From contig CBDDBZ010000036.1 in assembly GCA_965225945.1 (NCBI GenBank), positions 1 through 64,000 on the forward strand: 64,000 nt of DNA, read 5' to 3'. Positions 23,469 to 33,201 of this stretch are shown in pieces. Position numbers and translations under genes: made by a program. The DNA comes from Alphaproteobacteria bacterium. Lineage in GTDB: Bacteria; Pseudomonadota; Alphaproteobacteria; GCA-2731375. The stretch's first letter is position 1. Each line of letters opens with the position of its first letter. Below the pieces are notes generated by a model. It ran no database searches, was not told where the DNA came from, and was given only the letters and a program-made list of their open reading frames with translations.

Positions 23469-24815
23469 ATGGCATCAGCCGCGGAACAGTTGGCCGCCAA
23501 CATCAACTTCGGCGCCTTCGCCAAGGCGACGGAGCTGAAGCGGCGCATCCTGTTCACCCTCTGCGCGCTGGTGGTCTATCGCCTCGGCACCTACATCCCG
23601 ATCCCGGGCATCGATCCCGTCGCGCTGGCCGACGTGTTCCGCCAGCAGCAGGGCGGCATCCTGGGGATGTTCAACGTCTTCGCCGGCGGCGCGCTCGGGC
23701 GGATGACGATCTTCGCGCTGGGTATCATGCCCTACATCTCGGCCTCGATCATCATTCAGCTGATGACCACGGTCTCGCCCAAGCTCGAGCAGCTCAAGAA
23801 AGAGGGCGAGCAAGGCCGCAAGAAGATCAACCAATACACGCGGATTGGGACCGTCATCCTGAGCGCGCTGCAAGGCTACGGCATTTCCGTCGGGCTCGAG
23901 GGCTTCTCCGGCTCGCAAGGCGGCGTGGTGCTGGATCCGGGGATCTTCTTCCGCTTTACCGCGGTGATCACCCTGATCGGCGGCACGATCTTCCTGATGT
24001 GGCTTGGCGAGCAGATCACCGCTCGCGGCGTCGGCAACGGCATCTCGCTGATCATCTTCGCCGGCATCGTCGCCGAGCTGCCGAGCGCCCTGGTCAGCAC
24101 GCTCGAGCTCGGCAAGACCGGCGCGCTCTCGACCTTCTTCATTCTCGCCCTGATCTTGATGGTGATCGGCACGATCGTCTTCATCGTCTTCGTCGAGCGG
24201 GCGCAGCGCCGACTGATTGTGCAGTATCCCAAGCGTCAGGTCGGCGCGCGGATGTTCGGCGGCGACAACACGCATCTGCCGCTGAAGCTGAACACCGCCG
24301 GCGTGATCCCGCCGATCTTTGCCTCCTCGATGCTGCTGCTGCCGGTGACGGTGGCCAGCTTCTCGAGCCAGGGCGGGGGGGCGGATTGGGTGGCCACCAT
24401 AGCGGCGCTGCTGGGCCGCGGGCAGCCCGCCTACCTCTTCCTCTACATCTCGGGCGTCGTTTTCTTCTGCTTCTTCTATACCGCCATCGTCTTCAATCCC
24501 GCCGACACGGCGGACAACCTGAAGCGCTATGGCGGTTTCATCCCCGGTATCCGGCCGGGCAAGCGGACGGCGGAATACATCGACTACGTGCTGACGCGTC
24601 TCACCGTCGTCGGCGCCGCCTACCTGTCGCTGGTCTGCCTGCTGCCGGAGCTGTTGATCTCGCAATACGCGGTGCCGTTCTACTTCGGCGGAACCTCGCT
24701 GCTGATCGTCGTCAGCGTCACCATGGACACGGTGGCACAGGTGCAATCCCATCTCCTGGCCCACCAATACGAAGGCCTGATCAAGAAGTCGAAGCTCAAG
24801 GGCCGCAATCGATGA
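23469..24815 (+). CDS. secY: Preprotein translocase subunit SecY
   Basis: [41 protein letters not shown]. Confidence 0.99.
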   Translation: MASAAEQLAANINFGAFAKATELKRRILFTLCALVVYRLGTYIPIPGIDPVALADVFRQQQGGILGMFNVFAGGALGRMTIFALGIMPYISASIIIQLMTTVSPKLEQLKKEGEQGRKKINQYTRIGTVILSALQGYGISVGLEGFSGSQGGVVLDPGIFFRFTAVITLIGGTIFLMWLGEQITARGVGNGISLIIFAGIVAELPSALVSTLELGKTGALSTFFILALILMVIGTIVFIVFVERAQRRLIVQYPKRQVGARMFGGDNTHLPLKLNTAGVIPPIFASSMLLLPVTVASFSSQGGGADWVATIAALLGRGQPAYLFLYISGVVFFCFFYTAIVFNPADTADNLKRYGGFIPGIRPGKRTAEYIDYVLTRLTVVGAAYLSLVCLLPELLISQYAVPFYFGGTSLLIVVSVTMDTVAQVQSHLLAHQYEGLIKKSKLKGRNR

Positions 24816-25462
24816 GATTGATCCTGCTGGGCCCACCAGGCGCCGGCAAGGGGACGCAGGCACGGCGCCTGGAAGCGGCCCACGGCCTCGCCCAACTTTC
24901 GACCGGAGACATGCTCAGGGCGGCGATCACCGCCGATAGAGAGGTCGGCCGCGAGGCGAAGGAGATCATGGCCCGGGGCGAACTGGTGCCGGACGAGGTC
25001 GTGCTCGCCATCATCGCCGAGCGGATCGGCGCCGAGGATTGCGCCGAGGGTTTTATCCTGGACGGCTTTCCGCGCACCGTGGCGCAAGCGGAGGCGCTGG
25101 ACGAGATGCTGGCCGACCGCGCCATGGTGCTCGACGCGGTGATCGAGATGAAGGTCGACGAGGAGGCCTTGGTCGACCGCATTACCGGTCGCTACACCTG
25201 CGCCGCGTGTGGCGCCGGCTACCACGACCGAAACGTCAAGCCCGCGCGCGACGGCGTCTGCGATCGCTGCGGGGGAACGGCGTTCACGCGGCGCGAGGAC
25301 GACACCGAGGCCGCGGTCCGCACCCGGCTCGACGCCTACCACGGGCAAACCGCACCGTTGCTGCCCTATTACGCGGGAAAAGGCGTGTTGAAGAGCGTCG
25401 ATGGCATGGCCGAACCGGACGCGGTGAGCGCCGAGATGGCCGCCGTCCTGGGTGCGGGTTGA
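24812..25462 (+). CDS. adk: Adenylate kinase (Cys4 zinc lid)
   Basis: [25 protein letters not shown]; ATGA overlap with secY. Confidence 0.97.
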   Translation: MRLILLGPPGAGKGTQARRLEAAHGLAQLSTGDMLRAAITADREVGREAKEIMARGELVPDEVVLAIIAERIGAEDCAEGFILDGFPRTVAQAEALDEMLADRAMVLDAVIEMKVDEEALVDRITGRYTCAACGAGYHDRNVKPARDGVCDRCGGTAFTRREDDTEAAVRTRLDAYHGQTAPLLPYYAGKGVLKSVDGMAEPDAVSAEMAAVLGAG

Positions 25463-25466
25463 GCGG

Positions 25467-25495
25467 TTGACATGACCATGGCGAACGTATACACC
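25467..25495 (+). promoter_or_regulatory. Putative alpha-operon promoter
   Basis: TTGACA (25467-25472), 17-nt spacer, TACACC (lacks -7T, common in Alphaproteobacteria), upstream of rpsM. Confidence 0.5.
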
Positions 25496-25564
25496 CCGGC
25501 ATCCGTGGGAGTCCCGCCAAAGCGCGGGATCGCCTGTATTTTCGCAAATCGAGGGGCCTAGACG

Positions 25565-25933
25565 GTGGCGCGCATCGCAGGTGTCAATATTCCCACGAAC
25601 AAGCGTGTCGTGATCGCGCTGACCTATATTCACGGCATCGGCCGCTCCAAGGCGCGAATAATTTGTGACGGCGCCGGTATTCCCTCGGAACGCCGCGTCA
25701 ATGAGTTGAATGATCAGGAAGTCATGCATATTCGCGAGACGATCGACCGCGATCACCTGGTCGAGGGTGACCTGCGGCGTGACGTCGCGGTCAGCATCAA
25801 GCGTCTGATGGATTTGGGCTGTTACCGGGGCCTGCGCCACCGCAAGGGGCTCCCCGTGCGCGGCCAGCGGACCCACACCAACGCGCGCACGCGCAAGGGG
25901 CCCGCCCGTCCGATCGCCGGCAAGAAGAAGTAG
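25565..25933 (+). CDS. rpsM: 30S ribosomal protein S13
   Basis: [23 protein letters not shown]; GTG start. Confidence 0.99.
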   Translation: MARIAGVNIPTNKRVVIALTYIHGIGRSKARIICDGAGIPSERRVNELNDQEVMHIRETIDRDHLVEGDLRRDVAVSIKRLMDLGCYRGLRHRKGLPVRGQRTHTNARTRKGPARPIAGKKK

Positions 25934-25942
25934 GAAGTCGCC

Positions 25943-26332
25943 ATGGCCCGGGAACGGACGCGCGTTCGGCGGCGCGAGCGGAAGAACATTACTAACGGCG
26001 TCGCCCACGTCAGCGCTAGCTTCAACAACACCAAGATCACCATCACCGACGTGCAGGGCAACGCGATTTCCTGGTCGTCCGCCGGCTCGCAGGGCTTCAA
26101 GGGCTCGCGCAAGTCGACGCCCTACGCCGCTCAGATGGCGGCGGAGGACGCCGGGCGAAAGGCGATGGAACATGGGATGAAGACGCTCGAGGTCCTGGTC
26201 AAGGGGCCGGGCTCGGGCAGGGAATCGGCGCTTCGCGCGCTTCAGGCGATCGGCTTCTCGATCACGGCCATCCGCGACGTGACACCGATCCCGCACAACG
26301 GTTGCCGACCGCCCAAGCGTCGGCGCGTGTGA
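25943..26332 (+). CDS. rpsK: 30S ribosomal protein S11
   Basis: [26 protein letters not shown]. Confidence 0.99.
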   Translation: MARERTRVRRRERKNITNGVAHVSASFNNTKITITDVQGNAISWSSAGSQGFKGSRKSTPYAAQMAAEDAGRKAMEHGMKTLEVLVKGPGSGRESALRALQAIGFSITAIRDVTPIPHNGCRPPKRRRV

Positions 26333-26445
26333 TCGCGTCCGCCGCTCCGGTCCGCTTCCGGGCCGGTGAGAGCGTCGGTCGTGACATTCGATAACGAGAA
26401 CCTCGTCCGCCGCCGGTGGCGGGCGTAGCGCATGAGGTCATAGGC

Positions 26446-27462
26446 GTGATCGAGAAGAATTGGCAGGACCTGATCAAGCCCGAAAAGCTGAACGTCGAGA
26501 CGGGTGTCGACGCCGGGCGGAAGGCCTCGTTCGTGGCGGAGCCGCTCGAGCGCGGCTTCGGCTTGACGCTGGGCAACGCGCTCAGGCGCATTCTGTTGTC
26601 CTCGCTACATGGCGCGGCGGTGACGTCGGTCCACATCGATGGCGTGTTGCATGAGTTTTCCTCGATTCCCGGGGTCCGCGAGGATGTCACCGACATCGTG
26701 CTCAACATCAAGCAGATCGCGGTGCGCTGCCACTCCGGCGATCCGCGTCGGATGACGCTTCGGGCGGAAGGTCCCTGCGAGGTGACGGCGGCCAACATCG
26801 AGACCGGCGCGGACGTCGAAATCCTCAATCCCACGCTCTCGCTCTGCCATCTCGACGACGGCACCAAGATCAACATGGAGCTGACCGTCGAGACGGGGAA
26901 GGGTTATGTGCCCGCCGACCGCATGCGCAGCGAGGACGCGCCGATCGGGCTGATCCCAGTCGACGCCGTGTTCAGCCCGCTGAAGACGGTCGCCTACCGG
27001 GTCGAGAATACCCGCGAGGGCCAGATCCTCGACTACGACAAGTTGACGATGGACCTGGAGACGGACGGCACGGTGACGCCCGAGGACGCGCTCGCCTATG
27101 CCGCGCGGATCCTGCAGGACCAGTTGCAGCTCTTCGTCAACTTCGACGAGCCGGAAGTGGAACAGCGCCGCGTCGAGCCGGATTCACCCCGCATCAACCG
27201 TCATCTGCTGCGCAAGGTCGACGAGCTGGAGTTCTCGGTCCGCTCCGCCAATTGCCTCAAGAACGACAACATCATCTACATCGGCGATCTGGTGCAGAAG
27301 ACCGAGGCGGAAATGCTCCGCACGCCGAACTTCGGCCGCAAGTCGTTGAACGAGATCAAGGAGGTGTTGATCCAGATGGGCCTGCATCTCGGGATGGAAG
27401 TGCCGGAGTGGCCGCCGGAGAACATCGACGACATGGCCAAGCAGCTCGACGGCGAGTTTTAG
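26446..27462 (+). CDS. rpoA: RNA polymerase alpha subunit
   Basis: [37 protein letters not shown]; GTG start after GAGGT. Confidence 0.98.
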   Translation: MIEKNWQDLIKPEKLNVETGVDAGRKASFVAEPLERGFGLTLGNALRRILLSSLHGAAVTSVHIDGVLHEFSSIPGVREDVTDIVLNIKQIAVRCHSGDPRRMTLRAEGPCEVTAANIETGADVEILNPTLSLCHLDDGTKINMELTVETGKGYVPADRMRSEDAPIGLIPVDAVFSPLKTVAYRVENTREGQILDYDKLTMDLETDGTVTPEDALAYAARILQDQLQLFVNFDEPEVEQRRVEPDSPRINRHLLRKVDELEFSVRSANCLKNDNIIYIGDLVQKTEAEMLRTPNFGRKSLNEIKEVLIQMGLHLGMEVPEWPPENIDDMAKQLDGEF

Positions 27463-27502
27463 TCGTCCCTTTCGGCACCGGGGCATCGGGGAGTAGAGCG
27501 CC

Positions 27503-27928
27503 ATGCGCCATCGCAAACGGGGACGGCGGTTGAACCGTTCCAGCGCACACCGCAAGGCGATGTTCCAGAACCTCGCCAGCGCGCTGATCAAGCACGAGCA
27601 GATCACGACCACCGTGCCGAAGGCCAAGGACCTGAGGCGAATCGTCGAGAAGATGATCACGCTCGCCGAGCGTGGCGATCTCCATGCGCGGCGGCTGCTG
27701 CACGCGCGATTGCCCGACGCCGCCATGGTCGACAAGCTGATCGACGTCCTGACCGAGCGCTACCGCGACCGCCCCGGCGGCTATACGCGGGTCCTCAAGG
27801 CCGGCTTCCGCAAGGGCGATAGCGCGCCGATGGCGGTGATCGAGCTGGTCGATCGCGATGTCGAGGCCAAGGGCCAGGATTCCGGCCCCGTGCCCGGCGA
27901 CGAGGAGGATGTCGACGAGGCGGCCTGA
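27503..27928 (+). CDS. rplQ: 50S ribosomal protein L17
   Basis: MRHRK..RPGGYTR..GDSAPMA. Confidence 0.98.
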   Translation: MRHRKRGRRLNRSSAHRKAMFQNLASALIKHEQITTTVPKAKDLRRIVEKMITLAERGDLHARRLLHARLPDAAMVDKLIDVLTERYRDRPGGYTRVLKAGFRKGDSAPMAVIELVDRDVEAKGQDSGPVPGDEEDVDEAA

Positions 27929-28000
27929 TCGCCGCCGCGCGCGCCGGGCGAGCGGCGGCGAGCATGCCGGATGCGGTCCGGCGATGAGCGGTGGACGGTC

Positions 28001-28040
28001 AATGTCCAGGTGGCCAATGTCCAGGTGGCCAATGTCCAGG
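28001..28040 (+). repeat. 15-bp tandem repeat (about 2.7 copies) over the degQ start
   Basis: AATGTCCAGGTGGCC x2 plus AATGTCCAGG; in-frame ATGs at 28002, 28017, 28032. Confidence 0.85.
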
Positions 28041-29471
28041 GGGATCGCGCTCCGCGTTTGTCTTCTGGTGGCCGCGACGATGGTTTTGGCGATGGTCGCG
28101 CCGGGCCTCGTCTCGGCGGCGGAGAAACGGCTGCCGCGCGACGCCACCGAAATTCGCCTCTCCTTCGCGCCGCTCGTCAAGCAGGTCGCGCCCGCCGTCG
28201 TCAATATCTATACCCGCCGCGTGGTCGAGGAGGTGGTCGGCTCCTCCCTCTTCTCCGATCCCTTCTTCCGGCAGTTCTTCGGCGACCGGTTCGCCTTCGG
28301 CGATCGCAAGCGCGTGGCCAAGCAGCAGAACTCCCTCGGCTCCGGCGTCATCGTCGGCGCCAACGGTCTGATCGTCACCAACCATCACGTCATCGCCGGG
28401 GCGGACGAGATCATCGTCGCGCTGAGCGATCGGCGCGAGTTCGAGGCGAAGTTGGTGCTGGACGACGAGCGCACGGACCTCGCCATTCTCCGGATCGAGA
28501 TCGGGGCTGAGAAGCTCCCCTATCTGACGCTCGGCGATTCCGACGCCTTGGAGGTCGGCGATCTAGTGCTCGCCATCGGCAATCCCTTCAACGTCGGGCA
28601 GACGGTGACCAGCGGCATCGTCTCGGCGGCGGCGCGCACCGGCGTCGGCATCGCCGATTTCCAGTTCTTCATCCAGACCGACGCGGCGATCAACCCGGGC
28701 AACTCCGGTGGTGCGCTGGTCACCATGGACGGCAACCTGGTCGGCATCAACACGGCGATCTTCTCGAAGAGCGGCGGTTCGCACGGCATCGGCTTCGCGA
28801 TTCCGGCCAACATGGCGCGGGTGGTGCTGGAGAGCGCGCGCAACGGGCTCGACCACGTGCGGCGGCCCTGGTTCGGGGCGTCGGCACAGACGGTGACGGC
28901 GGGGCTCGCGGCCGCCCTCGACATGGAGCGGCCGACCGGCGTGCTGATCCGCGCCGTGCATCCGGGGGGGCCGGCGGACAAGGCAGGCATTCGCGTCGGC
29001 GATATCGTCACCACCATCGACGGCCTCTCGGTTGACGATTCGGAGGCCTTGAGATATCGGATCGGAACCCGCCTGGTGGGCGGCAAGATGAAGCTCACGC
29101 TGCTCCGTGACGGGTCTGAGATCGCTGGCGTGCTCGCGCTGCGCCGGGCACCGGAAGATCCGCCCCGCGACGCGCGCGACCTCGCCGGACCCTCGCCGCT
29201 CGCCGGCGCCACTGTCGCCAATCTTTCGCCGGCGCTGGCGGAGGAGATGGGCCTGGATACGCTTTTGACCGGTGTCGTCGTGACCGACGTGGCCAGGCAC
29301 AGCCCGGCCCGGCGCCTGAAGCTCCGCCCCGGCGACCTGATCGCCCGCGTGAACGGCGAGAAGATCATCAGCACGAAGAGGCTCGCCGGCCTGGTCGAGC
29401 ACAGGCGAGGGAAGTGGCGCCTCAGCGTCAAGCGGGGCGCCAAGGTCTTCGACGTGGTGGTGAAGGGGTGA
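28032..29471 (+). CDS. degQ: DegQ/DegP-type periplasmic serine protease (trypsin plus 2 PDZ)
   Basis: Signal peptide; TNHHV, DLA, GNSGG catalytic triad motifs; exact start uncertain. Confidence 0.9.
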   Translation: MSRGIALRVCLLVAATMVLAMVAPGLVSAAEKRLPRDATEIRLSFAPLVKQVAPAVVNIYTRRVVEEVVGSSLFSDPFFRQFFGDRFAFGDRKRVAKQQNSLGSGVIVGANGLIVTNHHVIAGADEIIVALSDRREFEAKLVLDDERTDLAILRIEIGAEKLPYLTLGDSDALEVGDLVLAIGNPFNVGQTVTSGIVSAAARTGVGIADFQFFIQTDAAINPGNSGGALVTMDGNLVGINTAIFSKSGGSHGIGFAIPANMARVVLESARNGLDHVRRPWFGASAQTVTAGLAAALDMERPTGVLIRAVHPGGPADKAGIRVGDIVTTIDGLSVDDSEALRYRIGTRLVGGKMKLTLLRDGSEIAGVLALRRAPEDPPRDARDLAGPSPLAGATVANLSPALAEEMGLDTLLTGVVVTDVARHSPARRLKLRPGDLIARVNGEKIISTKRLAGLVEHRRGKWRLSVKRGAKVFDVVVKG

Positions 29472-30784
29472 CGACGCTCTTCGAGGCGGCCGGCCTCGAT
29501 CGCGGCCCGGCGCCGCCTCTCGCGGACCGCCTGCGTCCCAAGACGCTGGGTGAAGTGGTCGGGCAGCCGGCGTTGTTGGGGCCGCAAGCCCCGCTCGCCC
29601 GGATGCTGGAGGCGGGCCGGATAGCCTCGCTCGTGTTCTGGGGCCCGCCCGGCACCGGCAAGACGACCATCGCGCGGCTGCTGGCGGAGGCGGTGGGGCT
29701 CCATTTCGAACAGCTCTCCGCCGTGTTCTCGGGCGTCGCCGACCTCCGCAAGGCCTTTGACGCCGCCCGCACCCGTCGCCTGGACGGCTTGGGAACGCTG
29801 CTCTTCGTCGACGAGATCCATCGCTTCAACCGGGCCCAGCAGGACGGCTTCCTGCCCTATGTCGAGGACGGCACGGTGGTGCTGGTGGGCGCGACGACGG
29901 AAAACCCCTCCTTCGAGCTCATCCCCGCGCTGTTGTCGCGCTGTCAGGTGTTGGTCTTGAGCCGTCTCGACGACGAGGCGCTCGAGGCCCTGCTGGCCAG
30001 GGCGGAGGCGGTGGAGCGAGGCGAGCTGCCGCTTCTGCCCGAGGCGCGAGCCGCGCTCCGCGCCATGGCCGACGGCGACGGCCGTTTTCTGCTCAATATG
30101 GCGGAGGAACTGTTCCTCGGCCCCCAGACGGCACCGATCGACACCATGGCGCTGACGCGCTTGGTGCAGCGCCGGGCGCCGGTCTACGACAAGGGGCAGG
30201 AGAGCCACTACAACCTGATCAGCGCGCTGCACAAGTCGCTCCGGGGCTCGGATGCGGACGCCGGACTCTACTGGCTGGCCCGCATGCTCGCCGGCGGCGA
30301 GGATCCGCTCTACATCACCCGGCGTCTGGTCCGCTTCGCGGTGGAGGACATCGGCCTCGCCGATCCCCAGGCCCTGGTGCAGGCGCTCGCCGCCAAGGAC
30401 GCCTACGATTTTCTCGGCACCCCGGAGGGCGAGCTGGCGATCGCCCAGGCGGTGATCTATCTGGCTACCGCGCCCAAGTCGAACGCCGCCTACCGGGCCC
30501 TCGGCGCGGCGCAACGTTCGGCCAAGGAACACGGCTCGCTGATGCCGCCGGCGCATATCCTGAACGCGCCGACCGGGCTGCTGCGCGATCTCGGCTACGG
30601 CGCCGGCTACGTTTACGATCACGAGGCGGAGGACGGCTTTTCCGGCCAGGACTATTTCCCCGCTGATATGGCGCGCGAGAGCTATTACCGGCCGAGGGAG
30701 CGAGGCTTCGAGCGCGAGATCACCAAGCGGCTGGCCTATTGGCGCCGGCTGCGGGAGGATCGTGGCGGGGAGGAGGGGACGTGA
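29468..30784 (+). CDS. rarA: Replication-associated recombination protein A (RarA/MgsA)
   Basis: PLADRLRP, GPPGTGKTT, DEIHRF, ISALHKS, EDIGLAD; GTG start. Confidence 0.95.
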   Translation: MTTLFEAAGLDRGPAPPLADRLRPKTLGEVVGQPALLGPQAPLARMLEAGRIASLVFWGPPGTGKTTIARLLAEAVGLHFEQLSAVFSGVADLRKAFDAARTRRLDGLGTLLFVDEIHRFNRAQQDGFLPYVEDGTVVLVGATTENPSFELIPALLSRCQVLVLSRLDDEALEALLARAEAVERGELPLLPEARAALRAMADGDGRFLLNMAEELFLGPQTAPIDTMALTRLVQRRAPVYDKGQESHYNLISALHKSLRGSDADAGLYWLARMLAGGEDPLYITRRLVRFAVEDIGLADPQALVQALAAKDAYDFLGTPEGELAIAQAVIYLATAPKSNAAYRALGAAQRSAKEHGSLMPPAHILNAPTGLLRDLGYGAGYVYDHEAEDGFSGQDYFPADMARESYYRPRERGFEREITKRLAYWRRLREDRGGEEGT

Positions 30785-31161
30785 AACTGGTCGCCGCGAT
30801 CGCGCTCGGCGGCGCCATCGGCGCCGTCGGCCGCCACTTCGCCGCCGGGCAGGTGATGAAGCTCGCCGGCGGCGGCTTCCCCTGGGGCACGGTGGCGGTC
30901 AATGTCCTCGGTTCCTTCATCTTGGGGGCGCTGGTGGAGACCGTGGCGCTCAAATGGTCGGTCGGCCTGGAACTGCGGGCGTTCCTGACCGTCGGCATTC
31001 TCGGTGCCTTCACCACCTTCTCGACCTTCTCGCTCGATGTCGCCGTGTTGATGGAGCGGGGCCAGCTCGGCGCCGCGTCGTTCTACGTCGCCGTCTCGGT
31101 GCTGCCCTCGATCGGCGCGCTCTTCGCCGGGCTCTACGTCTTCCGCCAGCTCCTCTCATGA
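30781..31161 (+). CDS. crcB: Fluoride channel Fluc/CrcB
   Basis: GGAIGAVGR, FPWGT..VNVLGSF, GAFTTFSTF. Confidence 0.95.
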   Translation: MKLVAAIALGGAIGAVGRHFAAGQVMKLAGGGFPWGTVAVNVLGSFILGALVETVALKWSVGLELRAFLTVGILGAFTTFSTFSLDVAVLMERGQLGAASFYVAVSVLPSIGALFAGLYVFRQLLS

Positions 31162-32126
31162 GCGTCGAGATCCACGAGGTCGACTCGGGCGAGGCCGGAC
31201 AGCGGCTCGACCGCTGGTTCCGCGCCCACTACCCCGGGCTCGGCCAGGGACGCCTGCAGAAGTTGCTGCGGACGGGCCAGGTGCGGGTCGACGGCCGGCG
31301 CGTCAAGGCGAGCTATCGCGTGGCCGGCGGAGAGAAAGTGCGCGTTCCGCCCGAGGCGGTGGCGGTGGAAGGCGCGCCTCCGGCCCCGCGCGCCTCGGCC
31401 GAGGACTCGCGAGAGGTCCGAGCGCTGGTGCTCTATGGCGATGACGAGATGATCGCGATCGACAAGCCGCCCGGCCTCGCGGTGCAGGGCGGCAGCGCGG
31501 TCACCCGTCACCTCGACCGGATGCTGGAGGGGCTGCGGGAGGCGGGTGGGGAGCGGCCGAGGCTGGTCCACCGCCTCGACAAGGATACCAGCGGGCTGTT
31601 GCTGGTGGCCCGCACCGCCCGGGCGGCGGCGCGGCTGACCCGCGCTTTTCGCGACGGCGAGATCCAAAAGACCTACTGGGCGCTCGTCGTGGGCTTGCCG
31701 ACGCTGCCTCGGGGCCGGATCGACCTGCCGCTCGCCAAGCGGGCGGGGCCGGGCGGCGAGCGGATGCGAATCGTGGATGATGGCGGCAGGCGGGCGATCA
31801 CCGAATTCGCCGTGCTCGACCGGGCGGGCCGCCGCGCCGCCTGGCTCGCGATGCGGCCGCTCACCGGGCGCACCCATCAGCTGCGCGCGCATGCGGCGGC
31901 CATCGGCACGCCGATCCTGGGCGACGGGAAATATGGTGGCGCCGAAGCCTTCCCCAGCGGTCTCGACGTCGCCCGTCGGTTGCACCTCCACGCCCGCGCG
32001 CTCAGGGTGCCGAACGGTCGGGGGGGATGGACGTCGTTGGAGGCGCCGCCGCCGTCGCATTTCCGCGAGGCGCTGAAGGCGCTCGGCTTCGAGATCGCGG
32101 ATGCCCGCGATCCGTTCGGGGATTAG
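31158..32126 (+). CDS. RluA/RluC-family pseudouridine synthase with S4 domain
   Basis: QRLDRW S4 start, HRLDKDTSG, TGRTHQLR, LHLHA. Confidence 0.93.
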   Translation: MSVEIHEVDSGEAGQRLDRWFRAHYPGLGQGRLQKLLRTGQVRVDGRRVKASYRVAGGEKVRVPPEAVAVEGAPPAPRASAEDSREVRALVLYGDDEMIAIDKPPGLAVQGGSAVTRHLDRMLEGLREAGGERPRLVHRLDKDTSGLLLVARTARAAARLTRAFRDGEIQKTYWALVVGLPTLPRGRIDLPLAKRAGPGGERMRIVDDGGRRAITEFAVLDRAGRRAAWLAMRPLTGRTHQLRAHAAAIGTPILGDGKYGGAEAFPSGLDVARRLHLHARALRVPNGRGGWTSLEAPPPSHFREALKALGFEIADARDPFGD

Positions 32127-32164
32127 AATGTCATTCGTATTCATTGTCGAGGGGAGGAGACGAG

Positions 32165-33067
32165 ATGCCATATGCCGAGGCCAAGGGGGCCAAGCTCTAT
32201 TACGAAGTGGCGGGCAAGGGACAGCCGATCGTCTTCGTGCACGAATTCGCCGGCGACCATCGCAGTTGGGAGCCGCAGGTGCGCTACTTCTCGCGGCGCT
32301 ATCGCTGCATCAGCTATGCCGCCCGGGGCTATCCGCCCTCGGACGTGCCGTCCGATCCAAGACTCTATAGTCAGGACATCGCCACCGACGACATCGCCGC
32401 CGTGCTAAAAGGCCTCGGGATCAAGAAGGCCCACATCGTCGGGCTTTCGATGGGGGGCTTCGCGGCGCTCCACTTCGCGATCCGTTATCCCCGGATGGCG
32501 CAATCGGCCGTCGTCGCCGGCTGCGGCTACGGCGCGCCCAAGGGGCCGGAGCGCAGGAAGTTCCGGGCCGACGTCGCCGCGCTGGCCAAGGCCATCGAGG
32601 CCGACGGCATCACCGCCTTCGCCAAGCAATATTCGGTTGGCCCGACCCGGGTGCAGTTCAAGGCGAAGGATCCGAGAGGCTTTGCCGAGTTCGCCCGGCA
32701 GTTGGCCGAACACGATGCGGTCGGCGCGGCCAACACCTTCCGGGGCGTCCAGGGCGAGCGGCCGTCGATCTACGACCTCGCGGCGAAATTGGTGGGGATC
32801 AAGGTGCCGATGCTGCTGATGACCGGCGACGAGGACGAGCCCTGCCTCGACGCCACCCTCTTCATGAAGCGCAAGATCCCCTCCGCCGGCCTGGTGGTGC
32901 TGCCCAAGACTGGCCACACCATCAACCTGGAGGAGCCGGCGGCCTTCAACCAGGCGGTGCAGGAGTTCCTCACCTCGGTCGAGCAGGGGCGCTGGGGGCG
33001 GCGCGATCCGGCCTCGATATCGGATAGCGCGGTGATGGCCAAGACGGCGAAGAAGAAACGGCGCTGA
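32165..33067 (+). CDS. Alpha/beta fold hydrolase
   Basis: FVHEFAGD, GLSMGG nucleophile elbow, GDED, GH..NLEEP; GGAG RBS. Confidence 0.9.
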   Translation: MPYAEAKGAKLYYEVAGKGQPIVFVHEFAGDHRSWEPQVRYFSRRYRCISYAARGYPPSDVPSDPRLYSQDIATDDIAAVLKGLGIKKAHIVGLSMGGFAALHFAIRYPRMAQSAVVAGCGYGAPKGPERRKFRADVAALAKAIEADGITAFAKQYSVGPTRVQFKAKDPRGFAEFARQLAEHDAVGAANTFRGVQGERPSIYDLAAKLVGIKVPMLLMTGDEDEPCLDATLFMKRKIPSAGLVVLPKTGHTINLEEPAAFNQAVQEFLTSVEQGRWGRRDPASISDSAVMAKTAKKKRR

Positions 33068-33197
33068 TCAGCGGCCCTTGACCTCGGGCGTGCGACACTC
33101 GACGTAGGTCTGCGCCGCTGGCGCCGCCCCGGGCGAGATCGGCCCGGCCCTCGCGGGTATCGCCGTCGACGACGAGGAAGCGCAAAACCCGGCTCAC
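33068..33197 (-). pseudogene. Probable 5' remnant of a class I glutamine amidotransferase-like gene
   Basis: GTG start just after the DMFase stop; LRFLVVDGDTREGRADLARGGASGADL recalls alphaproteobacterial GATase1 N-termini, then degenerates. Confidence 0.35.
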
Positions 33198-33201
33198 GCC
33201 A

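Noticed and set aside
23341-28040. Short tandem repeats as a CRISPR array
   Set aside because: Repeats are adjacent, 15-18 bp, without spacers; no cas genes in the window
30739-30781. Fluoride riboswitch for crcB
   Set aside because: crcB overlaps the rarA stop inside an operon; no leader space
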